Source: Alphaproteobacteria bacterium (GTDB lineage Bacteria; Pseudomonadota; Alphaproteobacteria; Rs-D84; SZUA-605). Taken from it: DNA of 64,000 nucleotides. The position numbers and the translations under genes are program-made. Below are positions 45,677 to 54,653 of the stretch, one piece after another. The stretch is from NCBI GenBank assembly GCA_031549385.1, contig JAVBPW010000004.1, positions 12,043-76,042 on the forward strand, in the 5' to 3' direction. Under the pieces are notes generated by a model. That model searched no databases and had not been told where the DNA came from. It was given only the letters and a program-made list of their open reading frames with translations. Every line of letters begins with the position of its first letter. Positions within the stretch are counted from its first letter, which is position 1.

Positions 45677-46459
45677 CTCCCATTCCTTTTAATAATTTAC
45701 TTATAAAGCAGAGTCGTGAAAAAGTCAAGTACTATTTTACAAATATATAATTTTATAATAAAATAATCATATAATAATATAATTTTAAATATATATAACT
45801 ATACAAATATATAATTTTATAATTATAAAATATTCTCAATAATAAGCATGTTAAGGCTTTTACATATTATATGTTGTTATAAATTAGCTCATCTTAATAT
45901 AAATATAAAATATTTATTAATAATATATATTATCTTATAAAGAGTATATTCCTTAATTAATTGATAATTAGTCTGTTGTAACTATTAATCATAATTAAAA
46001 TTAATTAATCTATAGAATATTAATATTAAGTATGATTGATATATTAAATAATGTTTCAAATTATCATATAGTAAAATATTGTAAATATGGTTAATATCTG
46101 AATTAGATAAAAATTATGAATTTTTAATCAAAATTAAGTAAATTTATAGTGTTATTTTTTCAAAAAAGTTGTCAAAATATGTATGAGGTATATTTTATAT
46201 TTTATAATATTTTTGTCTATAATATTTCAAATATATTTTTTATTTTTTCATATTTTAGTAATATAAAAATATTAATATAATCAATGAGATAAGATTTAAT
46301 ATTCAACTAATAAATAATCAAAAAAATGTTATTTTAGTAAAAATTGGACTGTTTTATAAATTCTAGTAATTTTCGAAAAGAGCTCAAATTTCATTAAATT
46401 TAGGTTCTTTTAATTAATAGGAAATTTTTCATCAAAATTGTTGAAACCCTAATCTGAAT
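45677..46459. promoter_or_regulatory. 783-bp extremely AT-rich divergent intergenic region (arsR-like regulator <-> large autotransporter) with reiterated atatataattttataat-type motifs
   Basis: No ORF of at least 60 aa. Very high A+T. The motif aaatatataattttataat occurs at least twice (about 45745, 45810), along with many TATA-like blocks. Likely promoter/curved-DNA/regulator-binding region. Confidence 0.45.
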
Positions 46460-49400
46460 ATGATATTATATAGAACAAGGGAAGGATATAAATTGATTAA
46501 ATTTAACAAAGTTTTATCTATTTTGTGTATAGGTGTGCTGTTTTGCGCATCAAATTCATTTGCTCAGATTGCAAGGACTGCGGGCACAACAACAGATTCT
46601 ACAAGACAAATTTTAGTAGCCGCAAAGAATAGAGATTTAAATACAGTAAAAAATCTAGTAAATTCAGGGGTTGATATAAATAAAAGGGATGCTCAAGGTA
46701 ATACTATTTATTGTACAGCTCTTCGCCAAAATGATAATGAAACCGCTTCTATATTAAAAAGCTTTGGTGGAACATCAAAGGGTTGTCCTGGTATAGATCC
46801 TACAAAAAAAGTCGCTGCAGCTACGGCAGCTGAATCTAAATCTGGAATATTTGGTGGGATTCGCAATGGTACTGCTTTCTTGGTAGCGGGTGCTGCTGTA
46901 GGTGTAGGTGCAATGTTGTTTGCGGGTGGTGATGACAGTAATAGTCCAGCAGGTGCTTCAAATGATGGTAATTCAGGTGGTGATGGTCCAATAGTAATTC
47001 CAGACAGACCTACAGGTGGTCAAACATTTTACGTTCCATTTGGGGCGAACGGTGCTTATACATTATATATGGAAAATGATAGAACAAGTGCAGTTCCTAT
47101 TTATCAAACAAAAGAATATGACCGTATTACTTTAAATAAATACTCTGCTCAAAACTTTAATACTGATTTTGAGTACAAATATTATGTACTTGGCATAGCT
47201 TCATCACAAAAAGAAGTGATTCGTTCAGATTACTCTATGTATGATATAATAGGTGTTAATGTTCTACGTGCTTTAGGATATAATGGTATAAAATATCAAA
47301 GAACTACAACAAAGCTGGTAGTAAATAATCCTATAAAGCCTTTAAATTCTGGTTCTGCTACTCAATATGTAAGACTTGCAATAATTTCGACAACTGGTGT
47401 GGATTTTCACAGCAAAGAATTCGATGTAGATACTCCAGGGGCTACAAAAACTGGATATATAGAAAATCATAATTATAATGAAAATGACACATCTAATACA
47501 TATGATGGTATAGATAAAAAGAATGTGGTTGATGGTTTTGATACAAAATGTTATGTGTCTTTTGGTGTGGGGTGTAATGTAAGTTCTTCAAAATATTTTG
47601 ACTTTGAATCAAGTGTTACAGGTTATGCTGGTATTATAGCTGCTCCAACAAGATATTTTGGTTATGATGGTGATTCTGATAATTATCCAGCAGATCCAAC
47701 AGATTCAGGAGGGGATGAAGGTATAATGGGTATTGCTCCAGAGACTGTTATTTCATCATTTCAATTAGCAACTACAAATGGAGTTGTAAGAAATCCTTAT
47801 AAAACAATGTATAAAGCTATGACAGAGTACAATGAAGTTGATCATAAGTCAGAGAAAAATGACATTATCTTATTTACCGATGTTTCATCAGCTGTTGGGG
47901 TTGTTACGTATTATGATCAACAAATTCCAATTAATCGTGCAAATTCAGAAGATTTATATGATGTTTTGAAAGCTACAAATAATAATTACACATTTGCACA
48001 AAATTATTTTATATCAAATGTAGCTAATTTATATGCAGATACAAAAGATAATATTAAAGCAAGCATAACAGGTCTTTACGGCAATTTTTCAAGTATAGCT
48101 AAAAAAGATCGACCAGTATTTATTTTTGCTTCAGGTGATGATAATTTAAGTAATATGACTAATATAGAATCTGCGGCTCCGTTGGTTTATCCGGATTTAA
48201 TAGGAAATTTTATAAATGTAGTTGCAGTTGATGAATATGGAAAAAGATATGTTACTCAACATGGAAATTTGGTTAACAATAGTGATCTTTGGAATGAGGG
48301 TTCAAATGGTTGTGGTGCAACAATGAATTGGTGTTTATCTGCGCCTGGTAAGGATATTATAGCTCCCGCATCAGGAACAGGGGATTTAAAAACATATGCA
48401 ACTATTTCTAACTTTATAAATAATTTTGCTGGCTATCAAATAACAGGGGTAACAACAGGTCCTGCTGATCCAAATCCTGGTATAACAAATTATTATTATG
48501 ATGTTGCTCAAGCTTCAAACGGTTTATTAAAAGTAAAAGATTTAGGTTTATTAATAGGTCTGTATAATGCATTTATTTCAGCAAACCAAACCAGTCTAAC
48601 TGATTCGGAACCATATGAAACAGACCCTTATACAAATTATAAATTTTTAAACAATCTTGGTGATGAGGTTTATAATTCAGCGATATTTGATCAAAATGGT
48701 GATTTGATTTATTTTAGAGATGATAAGAAAGCTTTAATAGACCCATCTACAGGTAACTCAACATTTGATCCAAGTTTTAATATGATGATAGGTGTTTGGG
48801 ATTATAGTACATCACAGTATTTACCTATGGGGGCGGGAGTAAAATATTATATTGAATATAATAATTTCAAAACTCCAGGATTTGGGGCAATAGAATCAAA
48901 ATACTATTTTGAATTAAAAACAGAAACTGATCAATTTGGTGGTGTGATGCCTGCAGGAACTAAATATTTAGAATGGGTAAATGCTGGAGCTTCAGATGTA
49001 ACAGGTCGTTGGAAAGATACATTTTCTTTGGCAAATGTAAATGAATTTAATGGAAGTGAAAAGACATTGTATTGGGAATATAACGAAGCTTCAAGTTTAT
49101 GGGTAATAGAAAACTATACAGGTATGGAATATACATACTATCTTGATGGTTCAAGTAATCTAATATTTAAAGACAGTAGTAATTTGTTATATAAATTTGA
49201 TGGAACAAACTGGGAATCAAGTAGTGATGGTGTAATATTTAATGCTGTTGCTATGATGGCTCTTCCTCAAGAACAAACAGGTGATCCTTTATTAGATTTT
49301 TATTTAAAAATAAATTCAAGATTTGCAAAGTATGACACAGATGGTTCTACAAGTGTAAGTCCTGGTATTGATTATCTTATATGGAATAAATCTTTAAGTG

Positions 49401-51340
49401 TTTATGATTTATATTCATTTGATGGTGCTCCAATTAATTTTGATTTCTTTGTAAAAGGTTCATCAAGTGCAGTATCTTCAAGTGATTTATTAATAGACTT
49501 AGAAGAAACTCATCTTGGTTTAACAGGTATAGTAAAAGATATCAATGAAGATGGTTATTTAATCGGTGTAATGTATGACTTAGATCCAACAAGTGAAGGT
49601 TGGAAGCCTTGGCAGTATTGTGAAGTTGCTTCAGGGGCTTGTCAATGGCAAACTTGGACTTCTGTAAAAGATCTTTCAAATACTACTGATTTTGATGGAG
49701 ATAATAGTAATACAGCTGGTTCAGGTGGTTCTGTAGTTCCAGATAATGATTTCTATATTGATTTTTATTTCATAGACACAAATGGAAATGGAATTTATGA
49801 CCCAGAGGATTTATTATACATTCCTCAAAGTGGTTCAGCAGCTGCGGCAGCAGTGGTGGCAGGTGCAGTATCAGCATTACTTGGTGCTTATCAACATATG
49901 ACTCCAGATCAAGTTGTATCATTACTGTTTTTAACATCTGATGATTTAGGTGATACGGGTGTTGATGCAGTATATGGGCAAGGATTAATAAATTTAGCAA
50001 AAGCGACCCGTCCTTATGGAAGTATAGTTATTCCAACAGATCCCAAAAATTTCAATTGGAATGCTGGTCATAATTCATATGCATATAATACAACAGCGGC
50101 TCAATCAACAGCTACATCAACTTCAAGAAGTGGAAGAGGTTTTGAACTTGAGCATACCTATGTAGCATTAAGTTCATCATTTGGAGACGCAGTTGCAAAT
50201 TCAACTTTACAATTCATAGTTCTCGATGATTTTAACAGACAGTTTGAAATGAATTTCAATAGTTTGGTAGTGGCAAAACCAGTTGGAAGAGAAATTCATA
50301 TAATGATGAATGAGTTTGGAAGAAGTGCAAGAGAAACTGTAAAAGTAACTGATGCAATGTCTATGTCTTTTGGAATTCAACATAATAAAGAGTATACTCC
50401 AAGAAAAGGTGAAGAAGATCCATTTATCTTTAATGAATTAACATTTAACTTTGCAACAGAAGAGCAAAAGGTGACAGTATCATTAGGTCATAATCTAAAC
50501 AAAGCTTTGCGTTTCGATCAATATGAAACTGTTCCAGAAACTGCAATAGTAAGTAGTTCATTCTTAGGAAATCCGTATTTAGCATTAGCGGGACAAAATG
50601 CAATTGGGGCATCATATCAAACAAATATTTCAAATAATTGGTCATTAGGAATGACAAGTTTTTCAGGAAATATAGTAGCAAATGAAATAGTTGATTATTA
50701 TAACATGCTTCCTGAAAGTGATAACAGGTTGGGTAGAATAACATCATCATTTACTTCAGTGACTCGTGATTTCAATCGTAAAGGGAATGTTTCTTTCCAT
50801 GCTGGAGTTGTGGTAGAAAATAAAACAATGTTAGGTGCTGGTTCATATGGAGCTTTGCAAATTGACCATGGAACAACAACAATGTTCTCAACAGTTGCTT
50901 CATCATTTAAATTATCTTCAAAAACTTCAATGTTTGGAAGTTATACAATAGGAACTTCTCAAGTATCAGCAGCAAGAGATTCTTTATTCAATGAATTTTC
51001 AAGTATACAAACAAGTTCATGGAATGTAGGTTTTGCTTATAAATTAGCTCCTCGTTCAACATTTGGTGCTGTATTTGCTCAACCATTAAGAGTTAATAGT
51101 GCTTCAGCATCTATGGATATACCAATTGCTCGTGATGCAGTAGAAGATATTTTATATATGAATAGTTATAAATTAAACTTAACTCCATCAGCAACAGAAT
51201 ATGATATGCAAATGTTTTATTCATGGCAAGCGGGTGATTTTGAAATGGATACAGGTTATATGTACCGTATAAACCCTGGACATTCATCAACTTTACCAGA
51301 TGATCATACTATAATGATGAAATTTAAATATAAAATATAA
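46460..51340 (+). CDS. Giant surface protein (1626 aa): signal peptide, ankyrin-repeat-like N-terminus, split subtilase (S8)-like domain with substituted catalytic residues, C-terminal beta-barrel (autotransporter-like)
   Basis: A TTG at 46493 with an excellent SD (AAGGGAAGGA) is an alternative start. ANK-like LVAAKNRDLNTVKNLVNSGVDINKRDAQGNTIY. S8 blocks: VRLAIISTTGVD (Asp block), SSVTGYAGIIAAP (His block, cf. HGTHVAGIIAA), WCLSAPGKDIIAP, SGSAAAAAVVAGAVSALL (Ser block, cf. GTSMAAPHVAGAAAL), YGQGLINLAKA. The last about 350 aa are Ser/Thr/Gly/Tyr-rich amphipathic strands. Confidence 0.6.
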   Translation: MILYRTREGYKLIKFNKVLSILCIGVLFCASNSFAQIARTAGTTTDSTRQILVAAKNRDLNTVKNLVNSGVDINKRDAQGNTIYCTALRQNDNETASILKSFGGTSKGCPGIDPTKKVAAATAAESKSGIFGGIRNGTAFLVAGAAVGVGAMLFAGGDDSNSPAGASNDGNSGGDGPIVIPDRPTGGQTFYVPFGANGAYTLYMENDRTSAVPIYQTKEYDRITLNKYSAQNFNTDFEYKYYVLGIASSQKEVIRSDYSMYDIIGVNVLRALGYNGIKYQRTTTKLVVNNPIKPLNSGSATQYVRLAIISTTGVDFHSKEFDVDTPGATKTGYIENHNYNENDTSNTYDGIDKKNVVDGFDTKCYVSFGVGCNVSSSKYFDFESSVTGYAGIIAAPTRYFGYDGDSDNYPADPTDSGGDEGIMGIAPETVISSFQLATTNGVVRNPYKTMYKAMTEYNEVDHKSEKNDIILFTDVSSAVGVVTYYDQQIPINRANSEDLYDVLKATNNNYTFAQNYFISNVANLYADTKDNIKASITGLYGNFSSIAKKDRPVFIFASGDDNLSNMTNIESAAPLVYPDLIGNFINVVAVDEYGKRYVTQHGNLVNNSDLWNEGSNGCGATMNWCLSAPGKDIIAPASGTGDLKTYATISNFINNFAGYQITGVTTGPADPNPGITNYYYDVAQASNGLLKVKDLGLLIGLYNAFISANQTSLTDSEPYETDPYTNYKFLNNLGDEVYNSAIFDQNGDLIYFRDDKKALIDPSTGNSTFDPSFNMMIGVWDYSTSQYLPMGAGVKYYIEYNNFKTPGFGAIESKYYFELKTETDQFGGVMPAGTKYLEWVNAGASDVTGRWKDTFSLANVNEFNGSEKTLYWEYNEASSLWVIENYTGMEYTYYLDGSSNLIFKDSSNLLYKFDGTNWESSSDGVIFNAVAMMALPQEQTGDPLLDFYLKINSRFAKYDTDGSTSVSPGIDYLIWNKSLSVYDLYSFDGAPINFDFFVKGSSSAVSSSDLLIDLEETHLGLTGIVKDINEDGYLIGVMYDLDPTSEGWKPWQYCEVASGACQWQTWTSVKDLSNTTDFDGDNSNTAGSGGSVVPDNDFYIDFYFIDTNGNGIYDPEDLLYIPQSGSAAAAAVVAGAVSALLGAYQHMTPDQVVSLLFLTSDDLGDTGVDAVYGQGLINLAKATRPYGSIVIPTDPKNFNWNAGHNSYAYNTTAAQSTATSTSRSGRGFELEHTYVALSSSFGDAVANSTLQFIVLDDFNRQFEMNFNSLVVAKPVGREIHIMMNEFGRSARETVKVTDAMSMSFGIQHNKEYTPRKGEEDPFIFNELTFNFATEEQKVTVSLGHNLNKALRFDQYETVPETAIVSSSFLGNPYLALAGQNAIGASYQTNISNNWSLGMTSFSGNIVANEIVDYYNMLPESDNRLGRITSSFTSVTRDFNRKGNVSFHAGVVVENKTMLGAGSYGALQIDHGTTTMFSTVASSFKLSSKTSMFGSYTIGTSQVSAARDSLFNEFSSIQTSSWNVGFAYKLAPRSTFGAVFAQPLRVNSASASMDIPIARDAVEDILYMNSYKLNLTPSATEYDMQMFYSWQAGDFEMDTGYMYRINPGHSSTLPDDHTIMMKFKYKI

Positions 51341-51399
51341 AAAAAAGCTTTTAAATATGTGTAATTTGTGATAAAATAACAAAAAGAAGGAAAAAGAGA

Positions 51400-52539
51400 A
51401 TGACAATAAATAAGGTTATTGCCAAAGTTTTGGGAAGGGGAATTAATCCTCTTGCTTTTGCATTTATCATTTTCTCAGCAACTTCAGCGTTTTCACAACA
51501 CTACCAACCATTAAATTACAGTAGTTCAACTACAGGATATGGTACAGGTACAAACAGGGTTTACCAAGTTCCAAATTATGGAAAACAATATCAATCAACC
51601 ATGAAGAAGCAGTATCGCACATCTCAAGCTTACGACACATTAGCAGATACAGGTATGTATTTTGCAGCAGGGGTTGCAAAAGGACGTAATACTGGAAGTT
51701 CTATGAAATTGGTAAACTATGATACAACTATTGTAGGAAATACAGACGATAATAATTCATCAACTTCAAGAGACACAACATCAGTTGATGTAGCGGTAGG
51801 TTTAATGATAAGTTCAAATGTTCGTTTTGAATTAAATTATCTTCGTTACACTGGAATGAATTATGGTTCAAGTGCTGTATACAATGATGGTACAGGAACA
51901 GTTGAAATGCCAGTAGTTTCAGGTGGTGGTATAGATGCAGATGTATTTATGTTCAATTTATATTACAATCTTGAAGAGATTTTTGGAAATTTCGCAGGTG
52001 GTAAAGTTATCCCATATTTCGGTGTTGGATTAGGATTCTCATTTAATGATGTTCAAAACTACACAATCTCAGATACAACAGGTTTCCCTGATTACAATGA
52101 TTGTTTTAATGATGTTATTGATCCAGTAACAGGACAATATTTAGCCGATGGTTTATGTTCATATTATTATGATGGGTTAATTACTCATGCTGGTTCAACA
52201 ACAAAGAATTTAGCATACCGTATGGAAATAGGTGCTACATGGAAATTACAAAATCAAATGTTTTTTGACTTCTTCTTCAGATATTCATTCTTAGGAAAAG
52301 TGGAAACAAATGGAACAGTTGTTCAAGATTATTTAGTAGAATATCCAGTAGTGGTAGATTATGGAACAGGGGATTATATTTGGGATGAATATGGTGATTA
52401 TAATGGCCCAACAGACCCAGGAAGTGCAGTGGACCTTGCAATCGAAGATGGTCAATCAACAACAACTTCGTTTAATGCAAAAGAAAGAGGAAATCTAACT
52501 GTAGGTGAAGTTGGAGTACGTTTCAGAATAATGTTTTAG
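51400..52539 (+). CDS. Putative outer-membrane beta-barrel protein (379 aa), Tyr/Gly/Asp/Thr-rich, C-terminal Phe
   Basis: SD GAAGGAAAAAGAGA. Signal peptide ending AFS-QH. Alternating-hydrophobic strands. Terminal ...VRFRIMF, an OMP beta-signal. Confidence 0.5.
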   Translation: MTINKVIAKVLGRGINPLAFAFIIFSATSAFSQHYQPLNYSSSTTGYGTGTNRVYQVPNYGKQYQSTMKKQYRTSQAYDTLADTGMYFAAGVAKGRNTGSSMKLVNYDTTIVGNTDDNNSSTSRDTTSVDVAVGLMISSNVRFELNYLRYTGMNYGSSAVYNDGTGTVEMPVVSGGGIDADVFMFNLYYNLEEIFGNFAGGKVIPYFGVGLGFSFNDVQNYTISDTTGFPDYNDCFNDVIDPVTGQYLADGLCSYYYDGLITHAGSTTKNLAYRMEIGATWKLQNQMFFDFFFRYSFLGKVETNGTVVQDYLVEYPVVVDYGTGDYIWDEYGDYNGPTDPGSAVDLAIEDGQSTTTSFNAKERGNLTVGEVGVRFRIMF

Positions 52540-52554
52540 GAAAGAAAGAGAGAT

Positions 52555-53976
52555 ATGAGAAGAATTAATTTAGTTTCATTATTATTAATAAGTATGTTTG
52601 CAACTTCTGCATATTCTCAACAATATCCAGTTTATTACAGTAATTATTTGGCACCTACAGCTCCAAATGCTACAATATATCAACAACAAGCAAATCAAAC
52701 AAAGAATGCTTCAGTAAGTCCATATCAAAACCCATATTACAATCCTAATATGGCCGCAGGTCAACAATATTATCAAGGTAATAGAAACTTACAAGTTAAA
52801 GAAGTAAAAAGCAAAAGTGTTGTAGAAGAAGATTACAAAATCAGTGGTAAAAATGGATGGCAATTAGGTTTTTCTATTGGTCGTAAATTTACAGACTTTA
52901 TCTTTGAATTAACTCCAGTGTTAGGCGAACCACAAGGTTCTATCTTAGAATGGGATGATATGATATTTAATGAATATAACTTTAATGTTTCAAAAACTTT
53001 CAAAGTTTATGATATGCCATTATTTATTTATGGTGAATATAAATTTGCTAATCTAGCAAAATCAGGTTCATCAAGTGATGACGATTTACGTGTGGCTCCA
53101 TATTATTGGATTTCAGTTGGTGGAATTGAAGCTGACACAAATGGTTGGAAAATGGGTATAGGTTGGGATAAATGGTTCACATGGGTTGGATTTCAATTCT
53201 CACCAATTGTTGGATATACTCACCAGCAGCAAAATTTAACTATGACAGATCAAAAGTATCCATACCCACAAGATGTAAATTTATATCTTGTAGATGGTAC
53301 AGGTCAACAGCAAACAGTTTGGGAACTTGATGGGGATGGAAATCCAATTCCTGCTTGTGTATTAAATTCTATGGTTGATCCAACTGCGAGTGGAAGAACA
53401 TTTTATTTCGATTTTGATGGTGATGGTACATTAGAATCATTTACAAATCTTTCAGGTCATTCAGGTTATGCTTGGGATGTAAATTATGATCCTGACAGCT
53501 ATGATCAAAGTGGAAACCCAGTTGATGGTTGTGTATATGGTGGGGATATAGGTTGGGATTTATCAGGTCCAACACAAGTTTATGATGTAACATGGCAGGG
53601 TATGTTTATAGGAATGATGGTTGACCGTTACATGTCAGCAAAAGATTCAATTCATTTCTATTTTGAATATTCTTTATTGGATTATAAAGGTCAAGCAACA
53701 TGGCCATACCGTGTAGATTTACAACAGCCTGGATTTATTGATGAAGGTAATGGCCAAGGTATTGTGTTAAATATGGCATACCGTCATAAAATAACAAAGA
53801 CTGTAGATTTAGAAGTAAAAATAGAATATGAAAATTATTCATTAGATAAAGCAGATACAACAATCTACTTAAACCCAACATATTTCACAAATACAGTTGA
53901 ACATATAAATAATGCTATGAAAAGTTCTGTATGGAACTCAATGGGATTATATCTAGGTTTAAAAGCGGTATTCTAG
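52555..53976 (+). CDS. Putative outer-membrane beta-barrel protein (473 aa), paralog-like to 51400..52539
   Basis: Signal peptide ...ATSAYSQ. Gln/Tyr/Asn-rich N-region similar to the neighbour. DGDG-containing loops. Terminal ...LGLKAVF. Confidence 0.5.
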   Translation: MRRINLVSLLLISMFATSAYSQQYPVYYSNYLAPTAPNATIYQQQANQTKNASVSPYQNPYYNPNMAAGQQYYQGNRNLQVKEVKSKSVVEEDYKISGKNGWQLGFSIGRKFTDFIFELTPVLGEPQGSILEWDDMIFNEYNFNVSKTFKVYDMPLFIYGEYKFANLAKSGSSSDDDLRVAPYYWISVGGIEADTNGWKMGIGWDKWFTWVGFQFSPIVGYTHQQQNLTMTDQKYPYPQDVNLYLVDGTGQQQTVWELDGDGNPIPACVLNSMVDPTASGRTFYFDFDGDGTLESFTNLSGHSGYAWDVNYDPDSYDQSGNPVDGCVYGGDIGWDLSGPTQVYDVTWQGMFIGMMVDRYMSAKDSIHFYFEYSLLDYKGQATWPYRVDLQQPGFIDEGNGQGIVLNMAYRHKITKTVDLEVKIEYENYSLDKADTTIYLNPTYFTNTVEHINNAMKSSVWNSMGLYLGLKAVF

Positions 53977-54641
53977 TTCAAAAAAGCTAATAAATAAATA
54001 AGAACTCCAGCTCCACAAAAAGGTGCAAATGGAAGAAATTTCTTTTTTGAAACAAGTAACCAAACAATTCCAATAATACAAGCAGACATAACTGTATAAA
54101 AAAGCCCATTAGTTCCTAACCATGCTCCAATCCCAGCTAAAAATTTAACGTCTCCAGCTCCAACAGTTTGTTTTTTACCAAACATTTCAAAAATAACCCC
54201 AATAATTCCTGGTAAAAAATAACCAATCAAAGCAGCAATAGCACTATCATAAGGCATAGAAACAAAATAAGAATCTAAAATAGCTCCACAAAATCCAAAT
54301 AAAATTAAAGGATATGTAATAAGATCAGGAATAATATTTTTCTTTAAATCTATAATGCAAGCAGTTGCAATAAGGAATAAAAATAAAAGAATAAATAACG
54401 AAGTGTAATTAAAGATTAAAAAATGTCTGAAATACATATATTGAATAGCAACGGTAATAATAAACAATCCAACTCCTGTATAAAGAGCTTTTAAATTAAA
54501 GTATTCTTTTTTAAAACAGCCTTTAATTATTTTATAAAAAGACTCGCTGTAATTTTTAGTCAAACTCATAGCAAAAGGGTATAAAAACACGCTACAGCTA
54601 AATAAAAGCCCATAAAATAATAAATTTAAAAATATAAACAT
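53973..54641 (-). CDS. Prepilin peptidase (A24 family, PilD/GspO-like), short form without N-terminal Zn-finger
   Basis: 222 aa polytopic. TVGAGDVKFLAGIGAWLG (cf. GGGDVKLLAALGAWLG) and an upstream IIDLKKNIIPD region. About 8 TM. Confidence 0.7.
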   Translation of the reverse strand: MFIFLNLLFYGLLFSCSVFLYPFAMSLTKNYSESFYKIIKGCFKKEYFNLKALYTGVGLFIITVAIQYMYFRHFLIFNYTSLFILLFLFLIATACIIDLKKNIIPDLITYPLILFGFCGAILDSYFVSMPYDSAIAALIGYFLPGIIGVIFEMFGKKQTVGAGDVKFLAGIGAWLGTNGLFYTVMSACIIGIVWLLVSKKKFLPFAPFCGAGVLIYLLAFLN

Positions 54642-54653
54642 AAATACCTCCCT

